32,000 bases of DNA from Candidatus Lokiarchaeum ossiferum (GCA_025839675.1 CP104013.1:3450001-3482000), one strand, 5' to 3'. Shown: positions 7,601 through 16,945, counted from the first letter of the stretch. The notes: a model not told the origin generated them from the letters alone. Made by a program: numbers and translations.

Positions 7601-7993
7601 TTAATGTATTGATTTCTCACTCATGAATATATCCCAAGTTTCATATTGGATTGTTTTCAATATTTTATATTTCAAGAGAATTCCGAGGAAATTAGAAAAT
7701 GCTAGACTCCGCAGCTCAATTTCGATGTTTTGAAACAATAAATCCAAAGTATTTGTATGAAAGGGAGTCTCAGTGGGGATATAAAACTCATTTCCTTTTC
7801 GAAATAATGCGGAATAGGATCCTTTTGAAAAATCATGGATGATATCGACATGAATATTATAAATATCGCGACTATACTTTACGAATGCTGGATTAAAGGA
7901 AATAGTTGTCTGATTGTTAGGTGTTACTATGGAAAAGCGCGTATTTCTGTGAGAATGAGTAAGAAACCGTTTAATTTTAAGATCTGATGACAT
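7601..7993 (-). CDS. Hypothetical protein (130 aa)
   Basis: ATG start, an isolated transcription unit with AT-rich flanks, and no confidently recognisable motif. Confidence 0.4.
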   Translation of the reverse strand: MSSDLKIKRFLTHSHRNTRFSIVTPNNQTTISFNPAFVKYSRDIYNIHVDIIHDFSKGSYSALFRKGNEFYIPTETPFHTNTLDLLFQNIEIELRSLAFSNFLGILLKYKILKTIQYETWDIFMSEKSIH

Positions 7994-8145
7994 GATGGTC
8001 CCTGATTTGATGTTAATAGTATTTTAGAAAATTTATCGAACAATAAGAAAATTATGACAGCCATTTCTTATCACTTTTCCGACAAAATCAAATACTTATC
8101 GATCGATTATTAATATCCATAGGCCTTCGATTTTTTAGAAAAATT

Positions 8146-8154
8146 AAAAAAAAA
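8146..8154 (-). terminator. Oligo-T tract (T9 on minus strand) about 30 nt downstream of the S9 peptidase stop
   Basis: Plus-strand A9 at 8146-8154, with the stop at 8185-8187. Confidence 0.35.
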
Positions 8155-8184
8155 TATTCTTTAATCCGCTTGAGAAGTCATCCT

Positions 8185-9999
8185 CTAAAGATATTTATCT
8201 AGAAAACATATCATTTGATTCCAGAGCATCTCTTGAAAACTTTGGAAGCTCTCTGCTGATGCGTGTCCCATATCATCTTGCGTCAAAAATTTATGAGGGT
8301 GATTTTTTATCAATAAATGGTCCACAAAATGTTGAATCGGTTCAAAAGGGCATCGAGAATCTCCTATAGCCGCACCTATTAGCACGGGTGCTTGAATATG
8401 ATCAACATGAGTAATTGGAGAACGATCTAAGTATAATTCCCGTTTTTCTTCTAAAGAACCTCCCAATAACATTTGGGCAAACCCGCGGTATGCAGGATCC
8501 GCTTTTTCATGTAAGAATTCAAGATCTGTTAAGGGAACAAAAGAAATACCGGTTTTAAATAAGGTTGGTTTTTTGGTAAGGGCCATTAGAGTTAAATATC
8601 CTCCGTAACTTGGGCCAAAACAAGCAATTCGATTTTTATCAATTTCCTGTTGCTTTTTTAACCACTTTACCGCATACTCGATATCATCCAAATCCCCACC
8701 CCCGATATCACCCTTATTGAGATCTTGGAACTTTTTCCCGTACCCTGTAGATCCTCGAATATTCGGTGCAAAAACAGCATAACCTGCCAAGGCTAAAGTA
8801 AGCATCGATTGCCCTGTTTCAAAACTATTGAAATGCTGCCAGTAAGGCCCTCCATGTATTGATACAACAACAGGCGCTTTTTCTGCTGCATTCAAAGGAG
8901 GATAATACCACGCATGTATCTTTTGTCCATCAAAAGAGTCATACCATATTGATTTGGCTCTTGGAAAGGTACTGAAATCATATTTATGTCCTAAACTAGT
9001 TATTCTTTCATGTGTATTGGAGTCTAAATCTACTCGAAAAATATCCTTTGGTGAATTAATGGCGGAATGTAAGGCATAAATGTATTGACTCCCAAAGGAT
9101 ATTCGGGGTTCTAGGATATATCCTTCTGGAAATGATGTTTTTATTCGTTTTGATGCATCATGTAAATACCGAAAAATGGAAGTTTGACTATGTTTTGACA
9201 CTTGAGTAATGATATCTTCTCCTAAAAACACACAACCTTCGCAATCAGGATCAATTTCTTCATCGGTCTCTAATTTTAATAGTGAATATTCAATCGTTTC
9301 TTTAGGTGGGAAAGAAGAAACTGCATATTGGCGAGATCCCGATATATCCGTAATAAATGCAATTTTATTTGCCTTTGGAGACCAACTGACTGCGGTTTCA
9401 TTCGAGTTTTCATCTAAATGAATGACATACTTCGTTTTAGGGTGTTCAATATTTAGGATTTCAATTGTCTTTGTATGCTGTTCGGTGAGATGAGTGGTGC
9501 TTATCCACATCCCATCAGGCGAAAATGAAATTCCAATATAGGGTAAAGACGAAGAAGTGAGCACAGTTTTTTCTTTGGTCGGTAAGGAAATTATCTCGAT
9601 TTGGCAATCCATCTGACCTACTACAGCGCGAGCAACCTTTGTTTGATCTGGCGACCAACAGAAACCCATCACTCGAGTGGGATTGGTAGTAATTTGTTCA
9701 ATTTTCATTGATTTTAAATTCAAAACATAAAGATCATCCATTTCTGTCCCTCCTAGGTCTTTCCGGAAGAGAATCGAATCATTATTTGGGGAAATTTTCC
9801 CATTTGTAGTTGGAGCATCCCCAAAAGTAAGTTGAGTTATATTCGAAGGATCAGTTATTGGTTGTAAGTATAATTGGGCTATTCCGTTGTGATTTGATGC
9901 GAAAATAAGAAATTCTCCAGATGGAGCCAGATCATAACTCAAAAGTGTAGGTATTAATTTAAGATCTTCAATTGTTGGTTTAGGATTTTTAGTGATCAT
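8185..9999 (-). CDS. S9 family serine peptidase (prolyl oligopeptidase / acylaminoacyl-peptidase type): N-terminal beta-propeller plus C-terminal alpha/beta hydrolase
   Basis: The N-terminal ~350 aa have repetitive propeller-like blades (SPDG, WSPD, WSPK motifs). The C-terminal part has VVSIHGGP, the nucleophile elbow GPSYGGYL (GxSxGG), the acid in IGDSRCP and the His in DMGHA. Confidence 0.85.
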   Translation of the reverse strand: MITKNPKPTIEDLKLIPTLLSYDLAPSGEFLIFASNHNGIAQLYLQPITDPSNITQLTFGDAPTTNGKISPNNDSILFRKDLGGTEMDDLYVLNLKSMKIEQITTNPTRVMGFCWSPDQTKVARAVVGQMDCQIEIISLPTKEKTVLTSSSLPYIGISFSPDGMWISTTHLTEQHTKTIEILNIEHPKTKYVIHLDENSNETAVSWSPKANKIAFITDISGSRQYAVSSFPPKETIEYSLLKLETDEEIDPDCEGCVFLGEDIITQVSKHSQTSIFRYLHDASKRIKTSFPEGYILEPRISFGSQYIYALHSAINSPKDIFRVDLDSNTHERITSLGHKYDFSTFPRAKSIWYDSFDGQKIHAWYYPPLNAAEKAPVVVSIHGGPYWQHFNSFETGQSMLTLALAGYAVFAPNIRGSTGYGKKFQDLNKGDIGGGDLDDIEYAVKWLKKQQEIDKNRIACFGPSYGGYLTLMALTKKPTLFKTGISFVPLTDLEFLHEKADPAYRGFAQMLLGGSLEEKRELYLDRSPITHVDHIQAPVLIGAAIGDSRCPFEPIQHFVDHLLIKNHPHKFLTQDDMGHASAESFQSFQEMLWNQMICFLDKYL

Positions 10000-10104
10000 T
10001 TTTTTTTCTCCGATTTATCGTAACTATTTGACCAATTAAAGTCACGTTATTCAAAACTCAATGAGTAATCCATAAATATAAATTTATCGTTACCATCTTT
10101 ATAT

Positions 10105-10815
10105 ATGATGAGTTCAAAAAATAATCTGAATGATGCAACACACACATTTTTCCAGGCTTTCCAAAATGATATCAACATAAGTATCTTAGCTATCCTCCAG
10201 ATGTACCATTCAATGAACATTACTCAGATTTCGAATCTCTCTGGCTATAGTAAAACAACAATTCGACGCCATCTTCAAGAATTAGATGAATTAGGTGTTC
10301 TGACTTCTGAAGAAAGACCGGTGAATATTCAAGGTAGATATACACCAATTTATTATTCTATTGCATCAAAATCGTTCAGTGGCGAAAATGAATCCTTCAA
10401 TTATCAAACTGCTTCCATTTCATCCATCAAGCAAATGATTAATGTTAATAAAGTAGCGATACGTAATTTCACAAAATATCTTGAGATGTTTTTTCCTTTA
10501 TTCGATCATTTGGATACTATTGATTCAGTTTCTGAACTGAAAAGTAACATTCTAACCCATTTACCAAATTCTAACCCTGATTGTCGAATGCTTTTTTTCA
10601 ATGAAAAAGAGATGGAAGAATTATGCAAAATTCGAATGGAATTTATGGAAAAAATCAATCAACTTCTTGAGAAACAACAACAGCACTCATCTACCACAGG
10701 TCGAGAATTTTTGTACTTTGATGGATATATGAATTTAAAAGATCTTTTTGAATTCAAAGCTGAGCAAGTAAAACTTAAGAAAAAAAAGAAACCCGAAAAC
10801 CTTAATTTTTCATAG
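10105..10815 (+). CDS. Winged-helix (ArsR/TrmB-like HTH) transcriptional regulator with a C-terminal helical domain
   Basis: ILAILQMYHSMNITQISNLSGYSKTTIRRHLQELDELGVLTSEE is a typical wHTH recognition segment. The remainder is unassigned. Confidence 0.6.
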   Translation: MMSSKNNLNDATHTFFQAFQNDINISILAILQMYHSMNITQISNLSGYSKTTIRRHLQELDELGVLTSEERPVNIQGRYTPIYYSIASKSFSGENESFNYQTASISSIKQMINVNKVAIRNFTKYLEMFFPLFDHLDTIDSVSELKSNILTHLPNSNPDCRMLFFNEKEMEELCKIRMEFMEKINQLLEKQQQHSSTTGREFLYFDGYMNLKDLFEFKAEQVKLKKKKKPENLNFS

Positions 10816-10878
10816 TTTTCCATCAACGAAGGTTGAGTCAATTAAATGAAAATAAAAAACATTTGAATTGAAACATGT

Positions 10879-11961
10879 TCATTCATCGTAATTTTTCATA
10901 AAAGATGGAACAAATTCTTTTCTCCCTTTTTGTTTCACTGTTCGCTTTATGGGAATTGTTTTGGACAAATCGACTATCTTTTGTTTTTCAAGCCATTCAT
11001 TTTTAGCATTTTTCTCTTGGATTACAAAATCATCCATCCATGCCTCTTTATCTTGTAGATTTCGATTAATTTTTCCAATTAATGGTTCCAATGATTTCAT
11101 TGGTGAAATTTCAAGTAAATCTTTTACAATATCAATCATTACGTCTCGATTCTCTTGCTTATTTGCAATCATTGGATACACTGGAACCCCACGAAGGAAA
11201 TATTTGATTTTTTCGGGTGAAAGAGAATCGGGAAGATCTTGCTTATTGGCAATAGCCCCAACATACGCAAAGGGTGTTTCACGTTTTATTAATCCAACAA
11301 AAGTTCGACTCTTAATCACATTTACCATTGTGGAATCTGTTATAATGAGAACTGCATCGCTACCTCGTAGAAATTTATCCCATAGAAATTCAAATTCTTC
11401 CTGACCAGCAAAATCCCAAAGTGAAAGGTTGATCTTGTCATCACTAACATATTGAACTTCTCCAGAAATTGTTGGAAGATGAGTAAGGGGTACTGTAGCA
11501 TTTTGAAGGAGTCGAGTAATTGTGGTTTTTCCAACCCCACTATGACCAACTATTGAAATTTTCGGTGATAGTTTATCATAACAATCAACTAAATCATGGG
11601 AAAATTCTAAAATTTCAATGGGATCGTATGATTTATCAAAAATATCCTCAAATTTGTCTAAAAATCGATTTCGACATTCAGTAATTGCATCTTTAATTAA
11701 TTCCCCTGAATTTGTCATGTCTGTAATAAAAATGATGATCAACCGATGTTTTACCGTTAATATCTCGATTCGGTACTTCCAATAGAAGCGAGTCATGATT
11801 TCTTCATCAAAGAAGTATTCAAAATTGATATCTTTAATTGCCATATGCCATAGATTATTAAATTCTGAAGGGTCTAATCCAATTGCGAATTTTTGTTGAA
11901 AAATCGGTATTCCATCCAGTAACAAATTTACTTGTCGAAGCATTTTTTTACCTAACAGCAT
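10879..11961 (-). CDS. Ras-superfamily small GTPase with a ~125-aa N-terminal longin/roadblock-like region and a ~70-aa charged C-terminal tail
   Basis: G1 is GHSGVGKTT (11524-11547), G3 is WDFAGQEEF (DxxGQ 11401-11415) and G4 is NKQD (11236-11247). The N-terminal region has a beta-beta-alpha-beta-beta-beta-alpha-alpha-looking pattern. ATG at 11961, with an alternative ATG at 11943. Confidence 0.8.
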   Translation of the reverse strand: MLLGKKMLRQVNLLLDGIPIFQQKFAIGLDPSEFNNLWHMAIKDINFEYFFDEEIMTRFYWKYRIEILTVKHRLIIIFITDMTNSGELIKDAITECRNRFLDKFEDIFDKSYDPIEILEFSHDLVDCYDKLSPKISIVGHSGVGKTTITRLLQNATVPLTHLPTISGEVQYVSDDKINLSLWDFAGQEEFEFLWDKFLRGSDAVLIITDSTMVNVIKSRTFVGLIKRETPFAYVGAIANKQDLPDSLSPEKIKYFLRGVPVYPMIANKQENRDVMIDIVKDLLEISPMKSLEPLIGKINRNLQDKEAWMDDFVIQEKNAKNEWLEKQKIVDLSKTIPIKRTVKQKGRKEFVPSFMKNYDE

Positions 11962-12172
11962 TAATCGTTAGAACCCTTAAAACCTCTGGACAAAAAAAAA
12001 ATCAAATAATTAAAAGAAAAATATGAAATTTTAATATGTCAAAAATTCCACCATGTGGGACATGATAACATACAAAAAGGGTGCGTATTAGGTGTTAATA
12101 AGTTATTAGGATTAATGGTGTGAGCGAATAATTCTTATTTTTTATTCTTTTTCTTTTAACTCACGCCATTTT

Positions 12173-12180
12173 AAAAAAAA
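12173..12180 (-). terminator. Oligo-T tract (T8 on minus strand) 5 nt after the beta-helix gene stop, followed by an 8-bp-stem hairpin (12117-12124 / 12160-12167)
   Basis: Plus-strand A8 at 12173-12180, with stop TGA at 12185-12187. GGTGTGAG and CTCACGCC can pair, including one G-U pair. Confidence 0.4.
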
Positions 12181-12184
12181 GGGA

Positions 12185-13438
12185 TCAAATCTGTTTTTTT
12201 TTTTCATGTTGAATAATCAAAACAGTTCCGAGTAGGGTCATAATTAAAAATAATGGAAAATTGAAAGATGGAATTGATTTTTGGCCAAATTCTAACTCAA
12301 TCCCTTCAAAAGTAGTGATTGAATTATCACCTAATACGTTCGCTCGATGAATATCAAAAATATTTCCCATCAGGTTATTAGTTACGATGTTTTCATATAC
12401 CTCAGTCTCCCAAGGATAGTTCATATTGATCCCATATTTCATATTGCTAGAAAAGTTATTATGACAGATAATGTTCTTTATCGAGCCTCTTATTTCAAAT
12501 CCACTTTCTGAATTGAAGCTTGCTACATTTTCGTATGTTTTAACTTCATTAGATACTTCAGTGTAGATGCCATTACCTGAAAAAATGCCTGTGCCATTGT
12601 TGTAATTTGCAGTATTATGGAACAATACTGACCAATCAGAATGTTCAACAACAATCCCATTTCCAGAATAGCGTTCCCCCATCCCATGATTATAGTTGGC
12701 GGTATTATTAATTATTTGAGCAGAATCACAAAAATGAACAAGTATAACTCCATTTCCAGAGAAAGATTGGTTTCCATAATTATAATTTAATATATTGTTT
12801 TCAATGATGCAGTCCGCTGATCGTTTCAAATAAATTCCATTCCCATGATTATAGTTGGCGATATTATTTTGAATTTCTATGTTGTTGCAATAGAGGAGAT
12901 AAATACCATCCCCTAGGATGGTAGAATCTCCAGATTGATGTGTGATTATATTATTGTGAAGAATACTGTTGTTAGTATATTCCATATGAATTCCCACTAC
13001 ATTATCATGTATATGATTTCTGATTATTTCAATCGAATCAGAATCCATTATTTCTACGGCTTTATACCCTGCAATAAATTCAGAATTTTTAATCCGAACA
13101 TTGCAACAATTCAAAATTTTAATATTGCTTATAACACTATTTTGAATAATTAAATGGAGGTTTGTATTTTGAAGGGTAAGATTACCTTCAAATTCCAAAA
13201 GGAAGCTTGAGCGCCAATTTTTACCTGAAGAAGAAGATTCTGTAAAAAATTCTTTGAGTGCCTCATCTCCATTGATATCCAATTGTTGAGTGATTTTTAT
13301 CGCGGGAAATCCACAAAATGGGGTATCAAATTTTGATTCATCATTAAAATTGTGAGCAAGAATGGCTGAATAGATAATAGATGTACAAAGAAAGGCTATT
13401 AAGGATGTCATTAAATAGTTTTTGTTTTTAAAACTCAT
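12185..13438 (-). CDS. Surface protein with right-handed parallel beta-helix (PbH1/NosD-like) repeats, an N-terminal signal/anchor and a C-terminal TM anchor
   Basis: N-terminal hydrophobic segment LMTSLIAFLCTSIIYSAILA. Repeated coils such as NNIANYNHGNGIYL, NNILNYNYGN, NNTANYNHGMG, HNTANYNNGTGIFSGNGIY. A near-identical 19-nt DNA repeat cccatgattatagttggcg starts at 12683 and 12842. The C-terminus is PLFLIMTLLGTVLIIQHEKKKQI. Confidence 0.75.
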   Translation of the reverse strand: MSFKNKNYLMTSLIAFLCTSIIYSAILAHNFNDESKFDTPFCGFPAIKITQQLDINGDEALKEFFTESSSSGKNWRSSFLLEFEGNLTLQNTNLHLIIQNSVISNIKILNCCNVRIKNSEFIAGYKAVEIMDSDSIEIIRNHIHDNVVGIHMEYTNNSILHNNIITHQSGDSTILGDGIYLLYCNNIEIQNNIANYNHGNGIYLKRSADCIIENNILNYNYGNQSFSGNGVILVHFCDSAQIINNTANYNHGMGERYSGNGIVVEHSDWSVLFHNTANYNNGTGIFSGNGIYTEVSNEVKTYENVASFNSESGFEIRGSIKNIICHNNFSSNMKYGINMNYPWETEVYENIVTNNLMGNIFDIHRANVLGDNSITTFEGIELEFGQKSIPSFNFPLFLIMTLLGTVLIIQHEKKKQI

Positions 13439-13569
13439 ATCGATCTCACCTATTTATGTATATTAATTATTGATTTTTAAATTTTCACATAATTTGGGAA
13501 TTAAAAAATTAAGCAAAAAGTCAACATTGTTATTCAGTAAAAAATACACTTGTGATTGGGAGACATATA

Positions 13570-14298
13570 ATGGATGTTATTAATATTTTAAAAATCGTGG
13601 GTGCTTCATCTACTTTGGTTGTTGCTGCCTTATGCGGAGTTATCGAGTTAAAAAAGAATTCAAAATCTTGGATAAATCGATTTTTCGCTATGTTTTACAT
13701 TGCTCTGGCCTCGGGTTTCTTCCTTTACACCATATATCACTTCATTTTTAATCATGAAGCATTTGTAATACCAATCATGATAACGGGTCATATCTTCTTC
13801 AATTTTGGTTTTATTTGCTTACTAGTTTCAGCATTAATGATTTCCGCTTCACAACGGACTATCTTGAATAAAAAATATTTGATACCTATCAGTATTTTGT
13901 ATATCATAAGCTTCATTGGTTATTTCATCTGGATACCGGTACTCGATATGGAGGATTATGCTCAAGGAATTGTAAATACAGAAACACCAGACGCTTGGTT
14001 CCTATTCGTAAATCTATATAGGGTATTAATATTAATCTTCGTAATTATTCGTTTTTCTTTACTGATTTCCCGTGCAACTGGTGTTTTCCTTAAGCAATTA
14101 CGTTTTTTTACAATTGGAATTACACTCATTTTGATCGCATTATTTGTGAATGCTTTTGGAGGTTCGATTGATTCAATTGAACTTCTTTTAGAAGTATTAA
14201 TGTTTGTTTTTATGGATGCGGGAATGATTATTTCCCTCCGGGGATTCACCATTCATACTGATTTAGGAGATTCACAAGCCCCAGAAATTGCTGTTTAG
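13570..14298 (+). CDS. Integral membrane protein with seven hydrophobic segments by eye, hypothetical
   Basis: The ORF track starts at GTG 13552, and the first ATG is at 13570. Seven long hydrophobic stretches are separated by short loops. No soluble domain and no recognisable motif. Confidence 0.55.
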   Translation: MDVINILKIVGASSTLVVAALCGVIELKKNSKSWINRFFAMFYIALASGFFLYTIYHFIFNHEAFVIPIMITGHIFFNFGFICLLVSALMISASQRTILNKKYLIPISILYIISFIGYFIWIPVLDMEDYAQGIVNTETPDAWFLFVNLYRVLILIFVIIRFSLLISRATGVFLKQLRFFTIGITLILIALFVNAFGGSIDSIELLLEVLMFVFMDAGMIISLRGFTIHTDLGDSQAPEIAV

Positions 14299-14310
14299 GC
14301 AAAAATAGAC

Positions 14311-14319
14311 AAAAAAAAA
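14311..14319 (-). terminator. Oligo-T tract (T9 on minus strand) about 14 nt downstream of the RNR stop
   Basis: Plus-strand A9 at 14311-14319, with stop TAA at 14333-14335. Confidence 0.35.
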
Positions 14320-14332
14320 TAAAATAGAAGTT

Positions 14333-16945
14333 TTACTTTAGTAGAACCTTTTTTCCCTTCCTTTCTAATTCCGAAATCCATACTTTTATGTTTTCCGGCA
14401 AGATTCCTAAATTAGTTTCTTCAAGATTTAAGATCTCGATGTTCTTGAGTTGTGTTATCGAAAGGGGAAGAGCATTTATGCCCGTATTTTTCAAGTTCAA
14501 AATTCTTAATCCTTCAACTTGAGCGATAGATTCTGGAAGATTGTCAATTTTTTTATTTGCCATTCCTATCTCCACAATTTTTCCTTCCTTTATTACAAAC
14601 CCAAAAGAATTATCTTCTACTTTAGTGATGGATGGAATGCTTTCACCCACAATTACTTCGAACTCTTTCAAAACATTCGATTCTTCTACAACATGACAAC
14701 TATCTCCATCACAATAGACTGTCCCTGCACCTTTTTCGGCAGTAGTCCACGTTTTTATTGGTTTCAATTGTTTTTTACGTTTTTCAAATTCTTCTTGGGT
14801 GATTTCTTCATAGGGTGCCTGTTGATAACCATGCTCTGAAAGGGGAAGAAGTGAAATACCTTTAATCTTATCTTCGGCGAAAGATAAAGCAAAGGGGATA
14901 TCTTTGACTTCATCCTTTCTAAATGTCACTGTAATACTTACTTGGTTGTCGCTCCAATAATGTTGATAATCGATTGCATTAGAGATCTGCTCCCAGAGGG
15001 ATGTATGTTCTTTCCCTCTAAGGAAATTTTCCTCTTTAACTGGAAATTCAATGACCATTGAATTTTCTGAATATGCGTCTTGCTCAATTGGATAATTTGC
15101 CTCCCGTAAAATATCAATTAATGTTGATTCCTTGGAGATACGAATGCGTCGGATATAATGTTCTGCATGCGGATAATGAATACCTGGAGAAACACCCGGA
15201 AGAAGGCTCACGGTGCCACTAGGTTTTACCGTTGTAATTTTAATTGATTGAGGAACACAGAAAAAGTCCGAATATTTTTCATCTTGAGCTCGCAAATACT
15301 TATAGCCTTTATCACACCAGTTTAACACTTCATGACGACCATGACGTGCAAAGGCATCAATAATACCAGTTTGACTGGTACCAATTCGTCGATTTTTACC
15401 CATGACTGCGTTAGTTTCATTCCAATGTGTATTCACTAATGTAACACTTTTTGCATATAAATATGCATATTTGAGTGTTTCTTCAAATTCTTCATAGGAA
15501 TCGTGGCGGGATGGAAATGTTTCAACCAGACAACACAATTCAAAACTTTCCAAGGTTTGTTCCCCGCAGGGATTTACACCAACTGCTTTTTTATCCTTGA
15601 AATCTGGTTCATAGCCCATACGGCTGTAAGCTTGAGCATTTTCTAAATAAATTATTCCAGGTTCTCCATTTTTAGCAATACTCTCAACTATTTTAGAATA
15701 ATCCATTCCTCGTTTCCCAATAATACTATTATTAGAAGCCCATCGATGATGATATAAGGCTGTTTGATCCTGTTTACATGTGACGTATGCTTCGTCATCA
15801 ACATCTCCCAAAGCAATTTCTGCACTGCGACGAACATTTCCAGCTACAACACATTTCCCAATGAGATTCATCATATCAACAATATCGACCGATGTAAGCG
15901 TTTTTCCAATTCGGGCATCCAAAATTTCTTTTTGACTATCAAGCATTTCCTGCAATGGTTCTGGTCCAGATGCTACACCCCCAAATCCACGAATAGGGGT
16001 TCCTTTTTTCCGTATCTTTGTAAAATCATAGATTGGCATAACATCCCCGTCAAAATAGGCAGTTATTAAATGACGTAAAGCTTGAACCCAGCCCTCCCGA
16101 CTATCGGGAATTTCAAAAACAAAGTGCTCATCTTTTGGTTTCTGAATGGTAATTTTTCCAGCTCCTTTGGTATCAAAGCCAACACCGACTCCTAACATCA
16201 AGGCATCCATCAACCATTCAAAAGCCTTGGATTTTTTTGTAGCAATATCTGCCGTTGAAGCAAAACCACAGTTATTCAGCGCCATACTTCCGTGTTTGTC
16301 AATGAATTCAGTTCCCATCATCCATAATCCCCGTCCTGGAGGAAGAAACTTGAAGTCCCACATTTTTTCAAACATGCGTTGGGCAGATTTTTGTGCTTTC
16401 TCAGGGTTCCAAGGTAGACTTAATTTAAAGCAATGTTCTTTTTGGATTGAAAAAACACCTTCAACAACTCTTCGAGCCGTTTCGAAAAATTCTTCGGTAC
16501 GGGTTTCGGAATCAGTCAACCGAGCATATGTTCTCTTATATGTAATATAACCTAATGGCCCCCAATTTGGTTGAGTTCCCCGATATTTATCAATAAAGTT
16601 ATCATCAAGTCTAAACTTGATAACAGTAGAATTGATTAGTTTTGCATAGATATTACGTTCTTTATGATATCCTTTTGCAGTTAACTCTAGACACATTATC
16701 TCTCGGAGCATAGATGTCTGAATTGTGTCTAATCCTAAGAGTGTAATTCGCTTCAACGAATCGCGAATCACTTTGATGCATTCTTCCCAATCTAATCCGG
16801 TTTCTTTATTGAGGCTAGCGATCATTTTGTCAGGATCAAAAGGTTTAATATCTCCCCGTGAGTTTACCATGTGTTTTGGAAAAATATTTGAAATAGAGAA
16901 TGAAAATTCGTTTTTATCTGGAATATATGATTGTACCATTTGCAA
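14333..16945 (-). CDS. nrdJ: Adenosylcobalamin-dependent (class II, monomeric RTPR-like) ribonucleotide reductase with an ATP-cone-like N-terminus and an in-frame C-terminal LRR extension
   Basis: The segment NSRGDIKPFDPDKMIASLNKE... is ATP-cone-like. GPLGYITYKRTYAR...RTEEFFETARRVVEG is the RTPR-family N-terminal signature. NPCGEQTLESFELCCLVETFP is the thiyl-radical Cys loop, and CDGDSC is the C-terminal C-x4-C pair. These are followed by LRRs (LPESIAQVEGLRILNLKNTGINALPLSITQLKNIEILNLEETNLGILPENI). Start candidates are TTG 16945, ATG 16939 and ATG 16870. Confidence 0.9.
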   Translation of the reverse strand: MQMVQSYIPDKNEFSFSISNIFPKHMVNSRGDIKPFDPDKMIASLNKETGLDWEECIKVIRDSLKRITLLGLDTIQTSMLREIMCLELTAKGYHKERNIYAKLINSTVIKFRLDDNFIDKYRGTQPNWGPLGYITYKRTYARLTDSETRTEEFFETARRVVEGVFSIQKEHCFKLSLPWNPEKAQKSAQRMFEKMWDFKFLPPGRGLWMMGTEFIDKHGSMALNNCGFASTADIATKKSKAFEWLMDALMLGVGVGFDTKGAGKITIQKPKDEHFVFEIPDSREGWVQALRHLITAYFDGDVMPIYDFTKIRKKGTPIRGFGGVASGPEPLQEMLDSQKEILDARIGKTLTSVDIVDMMNLIGKCVVAGNVRRSAEIALGDVDDEAYVTCKQDQTALYHHRWASNNSIIGKRGMDYSKIVESIAKNGEPGIIYLENAQAYSRMGYEPDFKDKKAVGVNPCGEQTLESFELCCLVETFPSRHDSYEEFEETLKYAYLYAKSVTLVNTHWNETNAVMGKNRRIGTSQTGIIDAFARHGRHEVLNWCDKGYKYLRAQDEKYSDFFCVPQSIKITTVKPSGTVSLLPGVSPGIHYPHAEHYIRRIRISKESTLIDILREANYPIEQDAYSENSMVIEFPVKEENFLRGKEHTSLWEQISNAIDYQHYWSDNQVSITVTFRKDEVKDIPFALSFAEDKIKGISLLPLSEHGYQQAPYEEITQEEFEKRKKQLKPIKTWTTAEKGAGTVYCDGDSCHVVEESNVLKEFEVIVGESIPSITKVEDNSFGFVIKEGKIVEIGMANKKIDNLPESIAQVEGLRILNLKNTGINALPLSITQLKNIEILNLEETNLGILPENIKVWISELERKGKKVLLK

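Noticed and set aside
7601-7993. PilZ-like motifs in the 130-aa orphan (HRNTRF and DFSKGS)
   Set aside because: The spacing is RxxR rather than RxxxR, and the second motif lacks the final Gly of (D/N)xSxxG. c-di-GMP signalling is not expected in archaea. The resemblance is too weak.
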